IMG/VR virus record: IMGVR_UViG_3300022930_000014
Coordinates: 1 to 40,631 of that record
Source of the DNA: a virus
Taxonomy: Duplodnaviria > Caudoviricetes
DNA length: 40,631 nt
Reading direction: 5' to 3' (one strand)
The notes beneath the pieces are model-generated. The model did no database searches. It saw nothing but the letters and a program-made list of their open reading frames with translations, and was not told the DNA's origin. Each line of letters begins with the position of its first letter. The first letter of the stretch is position 1. The translations under genes were made by a program, and so were the position numbers. Shown piece after piece: positions 32,401 to 40,631 of the stretch.

Positions 32401-33906
32401 ATGACACAAATACTCGGAAAAATAGTAGCGGACTTCGAAACATCTCTCGCTGTGAAAATGGCTATCGGTGCGACAACAGGAACATTGCAATCTGCAACAG
32501 ATAGCGATGGTGTTGCGTTGCCCACAGGAAGATACTTCTTCACTCTTGACAGAAACAATGCCTCAAAGGAATACATTTCTTGTACTCTTACAGGAACTGC
32601 ACTGACAAACATCAAAACTGTTACCCGACAGGGAGTGGAAACTTCAGGTACAATAAGAGAGCACAGAGTCGGTGCAAACGTTATCATTTCTGATTTTGCA
32701 CACATTAAAAAACTAAATGACCTTCTCGATGGAACATCACAATTCGACGCAGGGACACCCCTTGGATACGACGGTACTCCAACAATTTCTGGAGATAATC
32801 AGTTCGCAACAAAAAAATCAAGCGGAGACTACGCAGATACTAAAGTCAGCCTTACAGGAAACGAAACAGTCGCAGGAATCAAGACTTTCAGCTCTTCTCC
32901 AATCGTTCCAACTCCAACAACAGATTTCCAAGCAGCAACAAAAAAGTACGCTGACGATCTCGCTATCGCTGGTTCACCTAACGCCTCTACAACAGTTAAA
33001 GGTATTGTCGAAGAAGCGACATTTGCGGAAGTTCTTGCTGGAACGGATACAGGAGGAACTGGAGCGAGAAACTTCGTAGTACCTTCCCTTATCACTATTC
33101 CTCAGGAGTTTGTAGCTACTGCCGGAGAAAACATAACGGCTGGAAACTCGGTATTCGTTGCCAACGGCGAAGAGTCAAAAGTAATGAACGCATTCTCTAC
33201 AACTACTGGGGTTGGTTCAACTACGACTACGACTACTTGGCTGTATCAGTCTTTCACTACAGGTTCGACGACTACAAAGATTAAAAGAGTCACTCTAAAC
33301 ACTACAAGTAACGGTGCTGGAGGTGCTTTTACTGTCCGAATAAGAAGCTCTCCAAACGGATCAAACCTTGCTTCGGTAGGTACTGGAAACCCAGGCACTG
33401 GAACATCTGGATACGATTTTGATCTAGCTGTATCTCCTTCAACTGTATATTACATTGTTATAAGCTGGGATAACGACCTTAACCCAGTTACATGGAACGG
33501 AGGAACTACATCTTCATACTCAGGAGGTGCTTCAGGACGATCTACAAACTCAGGTTCTTCATGGACTACGCCAGACCCTACGGTTACTGGAGACTTTGTG
33601 TTCTCAGTATTTGAGACATTCACCACACAAGGTCAAATATACAGAACTTCTGCCGATAGTAGTACATATCTAGGAGGAAACTACACGGCTGGATTCATAG
33701 GATTTGCCAAAGCTACGGCTACGACTGGAAACTCTGTCACAACACAGATACAAGGCTCTTACAGAGCACTATCAAGCCTAACTGTTGCTGTTCCTTACTA
33801 CCTTTCAAACACGCTTGGAGGCGTATCTTCAACAGCTGGAACTGTTTCAAAGAAAATAGGGTTCTCTTTGTCTTCAACAGAGATTTTAATTAAACACGAC
33901 AACTAA
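32401..33906 (+). CDS. Tail fibre/spike protein
   Basis: ETVAGIKTFSSSP, AATKKYAD and ASTTVKGIVE fibre motifs. Confidence 0.7.
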   Translation: MTQILGKIVADFETSLAVKMAIGATTGTLQSATDSDGVALPTGRYFFTLDRNNASKEYISCTLTGTALTNIKTVTRQGVETSGTIREHRVGANVIISDFAHIKKLNDLLDGTSQFDAGTPLGYDGTPTISGDNQFATKKSSGDYADTKVSLTGNETVAGIKTFSSSPIVPTPTTDFQAATKKYADDLAIAGSPNASTTVKGIVEEATFAEVLAGTDTGGTGARNFVVPSLITIPQEFVATAGENITAGNSVFVANGEESKVMNAFSTTTGVGSTTTTTTWLYQSFTTGSTTTKIKRVTLNTTSNGAGGAFTVRIRSSPNGSNLASVGTGNPGTGTSGYDFDLAVSPSTVYYIVISWDNDLNPVTWNGGTTSSYSGGASGRSTNSGSSWTTPDPTVTGDFVFSVFETFTTQGQIYRTSADSSTYLGGNYTAGFIGFAKATATTGNSVTTQIQGSYRALSSLTVAVPYYLSNTLGGVSSTAGTVSKKIGFSLSSTEILIKHDN

Positions 33907-33907
33907 C

Positions 33908-35467
33908 ATGGCATTCAACGCAACAACAGGAAAATACGAACCCGACGAAACAGTATCGTCTATTTATTCTGCAACAAACCCTACTCAAGGAATAGGAGGT
34001 TCTTCCGCATATGTAGCTCCTAATGCAAAGGACGTTGTACAAGATTGGGCTAAAGACCCTACTCTTTACAAGGATTCAAAGCCAGACTGGGCAACAGGTC
34101 TTAGTGGAAACACAACAGCAACGCCTAACGAGGCATACGGTCTAAGTTCTATCGAACAGCAAAGAATGAAGGAGCTTAGTGGTGGGCTTAACGAAGCACC
34201 TCTTACAGAAGAGCAACTATATCAAAATAAACTAAAACAGTTTCAAGGAGAAATTGACGCTGTTAATAAGATATATACTCAAAAGCTCGCAGATACAGCA
34301 CGGGAAAACGCAAACCGAACAGGTTCAGCATACGCAATGCAGGCACGAGGGGGACTTCTCGGATCTGATTATGGTTCAGCCCAAGACGCAAAGACAACAG
34401 CATATAACAATGAGGTAACAGGAGGAGTTCAAGCAGAACAAAACCTAGCAATTCAAAGCATTATGGGAAATGCACGAAAAGGTGCAGCTGAGGAGCTTGC
34501 AGCGAAAAAGGCAGCTCGAGCAAACGACTACAACGAATACATCGCCCTTCTATCTTCTTCAGCAGAGAAGAAAAAAGCTCGTGTAAACACAGCCGCAGCC
34601 GCACTTGCAGCTCAGGGAATAACGCTAGAACAGCTTAGTGCACTAGACTTTACTCAGCCTGAATATGCAGGACTTGACAAGAAGGAGCTTATTGCAGCAT
34701 TCAACGCGGCTAAGACTGCAAACGACAAAGAAATACTTTCACAAAAGAAAACTCAAAGCGATATCGACGTTAACACAGCAAACATTGCAAAAGGAAATCA
34801 ATTCGACCTATCAGAAGGGCAAGCCCGATACGCAATCGATCCTCAAACAGGAAAGGTTACACAAATCGCTTCAAAAGCCAAGACATACGCTCCTAAATCT
34901 ACAGGGGGAGGTGGATCTTCAGGTATATATGACCAGCTTGATTACAGAACTGCAAACGCTGTTCTTGCTCAAGGTGACAAGTTTGGAACGTCTGAAATCA
35001 CAAAGAAATACAACAATATTATCTCAGCTTCTAACTTGATTGCCGCAGTAGACCCTAATACAAACAACCCAGCTGAGCACCAAGCACTTGTATACAACTT
35101 TGCCAAAGCTCTTGATCCTGATTCAGTAGTTAGAGAGGGAGAATATGCAACAGTTAAGAAGTATTCTCAAGGATTGGCTGACAAGTACAAGGGAGAAATC
35201 AAGCAAGCTATAAACGGTACGGGATTCTTGTCTCCGGGAGCCATTCAAGCTATTCAGGCTGCTACTGACAATAGAATCAAGGCATACGAACCTCAATACA
35301 ATAACCTGAAGCAACAAACAGCTCAGAGAATCAACAACATAGCAGGAAAAAACATAGCTGACATAATCCTACTAGACTACGAAGAAGGGTACTCAGGGGC
35401 AAGACAAGCACCTAAAGGACAAGTAGTAACAGCACCAGACGGTACACAGATTGAAATAACAGAATAA
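33908..35467 (+). CDS. Internal virion / DNA ejection protein (putative)
   Basis: Ala/Gln-rich helical protein with ARGGLLGS and KALDPDSVVREGE motifs. Confidence 0.6.
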   Translation: MAFNATTGKYEPDETVSSIYSATNPTQGIGGSSAYVAPNAKDVVQDWAKDPTLYKDSKPDWATGLSGNTTATPNEAYGLSSIEQQRMKELSGGLNEAPLTEEQLYQNKLKQFQGEIDAVNKIYTQKLADTARENANRTGSAYAMQARGGLLGSDYGSAQDAKTTAYNNEVTGGVQAEQNLAIQSIMGNARKGAAEELAAKKAARANDYNEYIALLSSSAEKKKARVNTAAAALAAQGITLEQLSALDFTQPEYAGLDKKELIAAFNAAKTANDKEILSQKKTQSDIDVNTANIAKGNQFDLSEGQARYAIDPQTGKVTQIASKAKTYAPKSTGGGGSSGIYDQLDYRTANAVLAQGDKFGTSEITKKYNNIISASNLIAAVDPNTNNPAEHQALVYNFAKALDPDSVVREGEYATVKKYSQGLADKYKGEIKQAINGTGFLSPGAIQAIQAATDNRIKAYEPQYNNLKQQTAQRINNIAGKNIADIILLDYEEGYSGARQAPKGQVVTAPDGTQIEITE

Positions 35468-35472
35468 ACATC

Positions 35473-37899
35473 ATGGCAATACAAATGACACGAGCAGAAT
35501 ACGAGGCAAAATACGGAAAAGCTCCCGTAGCTTCTTCGCCTGCACCTGTCAAAATGACTAAGGAGCAATATCTAGCAAAATACGGAACTCCTCAGCAAAA
35601 AATAACCGCCAAAGACGACACTCTTACTAAGAGTCTTATCAATGCAGGAGAAGGAGTCGGACTATCTATCGGAAACACGATTGCCGGAGTTATAGGGGGA
35701 ACAGCGAAGCTTGGAGCTAAGGCTGGTATTCCAGGTGCTCAAAAGGTTGCCGACGCTACAGAAGAATATAGACAACAGGCATTCGTAAAACCAACAGAAA
35801 AATCACAACAAACAAAATCAGGTAAGGCAGGAAAAATAGTTGCCGATGTTGCACAATACATGACACCAGGGGGATTTACTGCGAACGTAGTAAAAGATAC
35901 GGCTATCGCATTTGGACAATCGCAAGGAGACTTGAAATCAGCAGCAGCTTCAGGAATCATTTCGGCTGCAACTGGAGGACTTTCAAAGATACCACTCGTG
36001 AACAAGACAGCAAGTTCGTTTGTCGGAAAGATTGCACAAGGTGGGGCTAGAGAATCACAAAAGCTTGCACCTGGATACATTGCCGACGTTATCGCCGGGC
36101 TATCAGGTCAACGAGGAGAAGACAGAACAGGTTCAAAGGCTTTCATTCCAGGCACAGGAACTGTTGTAGGAAGAAGCATACGAGCGATTCCAGAAACAGT
36201 AGCACTTGCACAAAAGGCGAAACCAAATCCACAAGGAATCATGCAACGTGTTGCACGAGTTACTAAGGGAGACCAGGTAAAGTTCAAGAACATGACAGGT
36301 CAGGATATTGGGGAATATCTTGTTAAAAAGGGAGACTACGGAAACCCTGAGAAGATTATTGAAAAAAACTACAATCGTTTCACGGAATCAAAGGCTCTTG
36401 CAGACGCTGAGCTTGCAAAGCTTCCAGGCAAATACAAGGATAAGGCAGTTAAGACTGCACTAGACGACTTGTTCAAAAGAGAGAAAGTTGTGTCTACTCC
36501 AGGTGCGATGTCAGAAGACTTTGCACGAGTGAATGACCTTAGACTGAAACATGCCACAGACGGATTGACAATGAGTGAAATCAACGAGGCAAAGAGAATC
36601 TACGAAAGAAACATCAAGGTTGAGTACGGGCGAGAAAACAAGAGAATGGAAGTAGCACGAGCAACAAACGTTGACAACGCAATCAGAAAATTCCAATTCG
36701 GTCAAGCTAAAAAGCTTGGACTAACAAACCTAGACGAAATCAACAAGGAGACTCAGGCTGCGAGATTTATCGCTGACAAACTTTCAAAACAATACGCAGG
36801 TCAGGCAGGAAACAACGCATTCACGCTGACAGACTGGGTTGCTATTTCAGGAGGAGATCCTACATCAGCCATTCCACTTTATTTGACTAAGAAGTTTTTC
36901 GGAAGCAAGACTGTACAGTCTAAGATAGCTAAGGCATTCGCCCCAGCACCTGAAGCTCCAATATCTGCAAAATATGGAGGAGTTACAGGACTTCCTGCCC
37001 GAGTAGAGGGAGTTGACTATAGTAGAAAGCCAGTAAATAACGTAACGATCGATCCTAAGACAGGAAAAGCAGTAGGTGGTTTCAACTTGCCACAAAACGT
37101 ATCTAAGACAGACCTAGGAATCGACGAGGTTGCAGGAGCAAACATAAACCGACAGCAATATCCACAACAAAGACTAGCATTGCCTGCTGGAGGAGAATCT
37201 AAATATTATAATGCTTCAACACAAAAACTACCTACAAGTGCTAGAGAATCTAGCCTAGGTCTTGACGCAGTAAGAAATGCCACAATTAACAGACAGCCAA
37301 GCTCGAAAGTGCTAGAGCTTCCAAGTGGAGAAGGTAAAAACTATAGTAATCAAAAAACTATACAGCTTCCAAGAAGTATAAGAGAAGATAATTTGGGATT
37401 GAATGAAGTGAGAAATGCTACTATTCGTACCACGCCATCACTGCCACGATCACCACTAAAAGTAGAATCGGAATCAGTTGCATTGCCTAATAATACACCA
37501 TCGAAGCTAGATATTGCAAACAAGAGTGGAAAAATACCTGAAAACTCTAAAGCAACTGTGAACAGACACGTTGGAAACGCATTCAACATATTGAATGACC
37601 CTGACATGCACGAGTTTATTGCTGCTGATCCAAAAGGATTCATAAAGTCAACATTCGACGATATCGTAATGGGTCTAAAAGGAGAGGGACATATCAAGGA
37701 AGCCGAGATATTATCAAAACTAGACATAGAAGATGTTACATCTCTACCTACTTTGAACGCTAAGATTGAAGAAGCTCTGAATAAGTCTACTTCGAAGGCA
37801 AGAAGTGTACCTAAGCGTGCTCCAATAGACGATAGGCTAGATTCTCTTAGTGCAATGATTGATGACTTTTCAACACCAAAAATACCTAAGAAAAAATAA
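35473..37899 (+). CDS. Large internal virion / ejection protein (putative)
   Basis: 808 aa, Gly/Ala-rich helices, internal ~46-aa repeats. Confidence 0.6.
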   Translation: MAIQMTRAEYEAKYGKAPVASSPAPVKMTKEQYLAKYGTPQQKITAKDDTLTKSLINAGEGVGLSIGNTIAGVIGGTAKLGAKAGIPGAQKVADATEEYRQQAFVKPTEKSQQTKSGKAGKIVADVAQYMTPGGFTANVVKDTAIAFGQSQGDLKSAAASGIISAATGGLSKIPLVNKTASSFVGKIAQGGARESQKLAPGYIADVIAGLSGQRGEDRTGSKAFIPGTGTVVGRSIRAIPETVALAQKAKPNPQGIMQRVARVTKGDQVKFKNMTGQDIGEYLVKKGDYGNPEKIIEKNYNRFTESKALADAELAKLPGKYKDKAVKTALDDLFKREKVVSTPGAMSEDFARVNDLRLKHATDGLTMSEINEAKRIYERNIKVEYGRENKRMEVARATNVDNAIRKFQFGQAKKLGLTNLDEINKETQAARFIADKLSKQYAGQAGNNAFTLTDWVAISGGDPTSAIPLYLTKKFFGSKTVQSKIAKAFAPAPEAPISAKYGGVTGLPARVEGVDYSRKPVNNVTIDPKTGKAVGGFNLPQNVSKTDLGIDEVAGANINRQQYPQQRLALPAGGESKYYNASTQKLPTSARESSLGLDAVRNATINRQPSSKVLELPSGEGKNYSNQKTIQLPRSIREDNLGLNEVRNATIRTTPSLPRSPLKVESESVALPNNTPSKLDIANKSGKIPENSKATVNRHVGNAFNILNDPDMHEFIAADPKGFIKSTFDDIVMGLKGEGHIKEAEILSKLDIEDVTSLPTLNAKIEEALNKSTSKARSVPKRAPIDDRLDSLSAMIDDFSTPKIPKKK

Positions 37900-40598
37900 T
37901 GAATCCACAACAAATACCACAACAAGAAAATAACGTAGAGCCAATTCTAGAGGCTACTTTGCAAAATCAGCACGAGGGAAACCAAGAGATTGTAAAGAAC
38001 CTAGAGACTCTTATCGTACAAGGTCAGGAAAACAACACTGAGCCTATTTTGGAGCACCAGCTTGTTGCACTAGATGGTATTAAAAATGGTATTGATTCAA
38101 TGAACAAGAGCAACACCGAAAAGAAAAAAAGAATAGAGGAAGAGGAGGAAGAGGACGTGAGTGGTGCTCAGCTTATTATCAAGGGACTTCGTGGTAAAAC
38201 TGGACCTCAAGGTGAACAAGGTGAGAAGGGCGACAAGGGTGAGAAGGGCGACAAGGGTGAAGACGGCTCTGACGGTATTGATGGGGTTGATGGTCTAAAC
38301 GGAATTGATGGTATTGATGGAAAAGATGGAAAGGACGGGCGAGATGGTATTGATGGAAAAGATGGAAAGGACGGTAAAGATGGGGCTTCTGCAAGCATAG
38401 AGGAGCTAGAAAAGATAGTTGCAAAAAATCTTCCTAAGCAAAAAAAAGTAAGATTCGAGGATCTTGAAGACAAGCCTGATATCGAGGAAATGAAGCAAGA
38501 CATGGCAAAAATATTTGCGCGTGCTTCTAAAACCGTATCTCTAGTAGAGCTAGATGACGTAGATTACTCTGGACTTTCAAAGGTCAATGGTAAATATGTT
38601 CTAGGAAGCGGTGGTTCAGGAAGCGTTGCTTCTGTAACAGGTACAACAAACAGAATCACTATCGGAGGAACTGCAGCAAACCCGACTGTTGACATTGCGG
38701 CTACATACATAGGACAGACATCAATCACAACACTAGGAACTGTAACATCAGGTACATGGAATGGAAGCACAATCGGAGTGCAATATGGAGGAACTGGAGC
38801 AACAACACTCACAGGTCTTGTAAAAGGAAACGGAACTTCTCCATTTACTGCTGCTGTTGCCGGTACTGACTATCAAGCCCCTATAACTCTGACAACAACA
38901 GGAACATCAGGTGCTGCAACATTTGTAGGAAACGTATTGAACATTCCAAACTATGCCTCAGGAGGAGGTACAGGAGACGTTGTAGGTCCAGCTTCTGCGA
39001 CAGACAACGCACTTGTGCGATTCGATAACACAACAGGAAAGCTGATACAGAACAGTAACGCAACATTGAGTGACGCGGGCGACCTGTCACTTACAGGTAA
39101 ATTGCTTGTAGGTGCAAACAAATATGCCTTTGCATATGACGCTTCTCCTCTTGCCGGATTGTTCTTCAATACTACATCTTCAGCATTCCAATTTCTCGAT
39201 ACAGCAGGAGCTACTATTCTAAACATCGGAGTTGCAGGTGCTGCCTCATTCACATACGGAGTAAACGTTCCGTCTCTAAACGTATCAGGGGCTACAGCTT
39301 CTACGATAGCGATATTTGACGGATCTAAAAACCTAATAAGTGCTGCTACAGCGACATATCCATCACTTACAGAGCTTACATACTTGAAGGGCGTAACATC
39401 AGCTATCCAAACGCAAATCAATGCCAAAGGAGCTGGTACAGTTACTTCGGTTACTTCTGCAAACTCAGACGCAACAATCACAAACACTACTACAACTCCT
39501 GTAATCACAATCGTGTCAGCACCAAAATGGACTACAGCGAGAAACCTTGCGGGGAACTCTGTAGACGGATCAGCTAACGTTGCATTTGCCAACAAGTTCA
39601 TTGTTCAAGGAACAAGTGACGCTGGTCTTTCAGCCGCACAATTCCTTGGAGCTCTTGGAACAGGAATTGTAAAAAACACTACGACAACTGGTGTACTTTC
39701 AATTGCTGTAGCCGCAGACTTTCCAACACTAAACCAAAACACAACAGGTTCAGCTGCAACACTTACAACTCCTCGAGCAATCTACGGAAACAACTTTGAT
39801 GGGTCTGCTGCACTTACACAGATAATTGCCTCAACATACGGAGGAACAGGTAACGGATTCACTAAGTTTTCTGGTCCAACTACAACAGAAAAGACAAAGA
39901 CGCTTCGAGACGCTAACGATACGATTCTAGAGCTTGGAGGTTCATACACACCGACAGGAACTTGGACTTCGCTAACAATGGTTACGCCTGTTCTAGGAAC
40001 ACCAACATCAGGAACGCTTACAAACTGTACAAACCTTCCAATATCTACTGGAGTTTCAGGTCTTGGAACAGGAGTCGCAACATTCCTAGCTACGCCATCT
40101 TCTGCAAACTTGCTAGCGGCACTTACTACTAAAACTGGTACAGGAAACGCCGTATTTGGAACATCTCCTACGATTGCAACGCCTACAATTACTTCGATCG
40201 TAAACTCAGGAAACACAATCACGATTCCGTCAGCAGTGAGTGACACGCTTGTAGCTAGAACTTCTACAGATACCCTTACAAACAAGAGAGTCACGGCAAG
40301 AACAGGAACTACAACATCAACAGCAACGCCTGCAATCAACACCGATAACGTGGATTTCTACTCTATCACAGCACTTGCTGTTGATATTACCGGATTCACA
40401 ATGTCAGGAACTCCAACTGAAGCACAGAAGCTATGGATTGCCATCACAGGAACTGCGACAAGAGCCATCACGCTAGGTTCTTCATTCGAAGCTTCTACAG
40501 TAGCACTTCCAACTACAACGTCAGGAACAAACAGACTTGATATTGGGTGCGTATGGAACACCGTCACATCAAAATGGCGAGTTGTCGCAGTAGCATAG
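37899..40598 (+). CDS. Collagen-repeat tail fibre protein
   Basis: (GXY)n tract at about 38184-38385, then Thr/Gly-rich fibre modules (GDVVGPASATDNA, TDTLTNK). Confidence 0.8.
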   Translation: MNPQQIPQQENNVEPILEATLQNQHEGNQEIVKNLETLIVQGQENNTEPILEHQLVALDGIKNGIDSMNKSNTEKKKRIEEEEEEDVSGAQLIIKGLRGKTGPQGEQGEKGDKGEKGDKGEDGSDGIDGVDGLNGIDGIDGKDGKDGRDGIDGKDGKDGKDGASASIEELEKIVAKNLPKQKKVRFEDLEDKPDIEEMKQDMAKIFARASKTVSLVELDDVDYSGLSKVNGKYVLGSGGSGSVASVTGTTNRITIGGTAANPTVDIAATYIGQTSITTLGTVTSGTWNGSTIGVQYGGTGATTLTGLVKGNGTSPFTAAVAGTDYQAPITLTTTGTSGAATFVGNVLNIPNYASGGGTGDVVGPASATDNALVRFDNTTGKLIQNSNATLSDAGDLSLTGKLLVGANKYAFAYDASPLAGLFFNTTSSAFQFLDTAGATILNIGVAGAASFTYGVNVPSLNVSGATASTIAIFDGSKNLISAATATYPSLTELTYLKGVTSAIQTQINAKGAGTVTSVTSANSDATITNTTTTPVITIVSAPKWTTARNLAGNSVDGSANVAFANKFIVQGTSDAGLSAAQFLGALGTGIVKNTTTTGVLSIAVAADFPTLNQNTTGSAATLTTPRAIYGNNFDGSAALTQIIASTYGGTGNGFTKFSGPTTTEKTKTLRDANDTILELGGSYTPTGTWTSLTMVTPVLGTPTSGTLTNCTNLPISTGVSGLGTGVATFLATPSSANLLAALTTKTGTGNAVFGTSPTIATPTITSIVNSGNTITIPSAVSDTLVARTSTDTLTNKRVTARTGTTTSTATPAINTDNVDFYSITALAVDITGFTMSGTPTEAQKLWIAITGTATRAITLGSSFEASTVALPTTTSGTNRLDIGCVWNTVTSKWRVVAVA

Positions 40599-40631
40599 CA
40601 TTAGGCGGTGGTAACGTATCCACGAAGTCCT
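40499..40631. repeat. Terminal direct repeat, right copy
   Basis: Matches 1-134 and includes the 3' end of the fibre ORF. Confidence 0.95.

Noticed and set aside
38179-40567. Long antisense ORFs opposite late genes (also 25206-25988, 22908-23438, 37350-37925)
   Set aside because: They are shadow frames caused by codon bias and repeats of the sense-strand genes.

Overview
This window looks like a complete, circular ~40.5-kb tailed-phage genome. Bases 1-134 repeat at 40499-40631 with a 1-nt difference. The late module on + (terminase, portal, scaffold, coat, adaptor, nozzle-like, ejection-like and fibre proteins; no tape measure) is podovirus-like and is followed by a lysis cassette. A DnaC-like ATPase/replication-initiator pair and a minus-strand early region (SSAP, YqaJ exonuclease, NinB, RusA, SPFH, vWA, mini-pilin) are also present. 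I found no integrase, repressor or DNA polymerase. Several clues suggest a CPR/Patescibacteria host (inference): a Parcubacteria-style prepilin, a C1:G72 tRNA-Tyr, a tRNA-Ile(UAU), leaderless genes and all-CGA Arg codons in the capsid. The standout is a minus-strand RNA island (4.4-11.4 kb). It holds 24 hand-folded tRNA genes covering all 20 amino acids, two HNH genes, several unexplained structured RNAs and a TROVE/Ro60-like DUF2828-vWA gene. That gene is followed directly by four RNAs sharing a closing stem plus an invariant UACAGCAA motif. Two of the four carry circularly permuted tRNA modules (T arm, looped acceptor stem, D arm) like YrlA Y RNAs. This is a candidate new class of phage Ro/Y-RNA system. 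All calls come from reading the sequence by eye; no searches were run.
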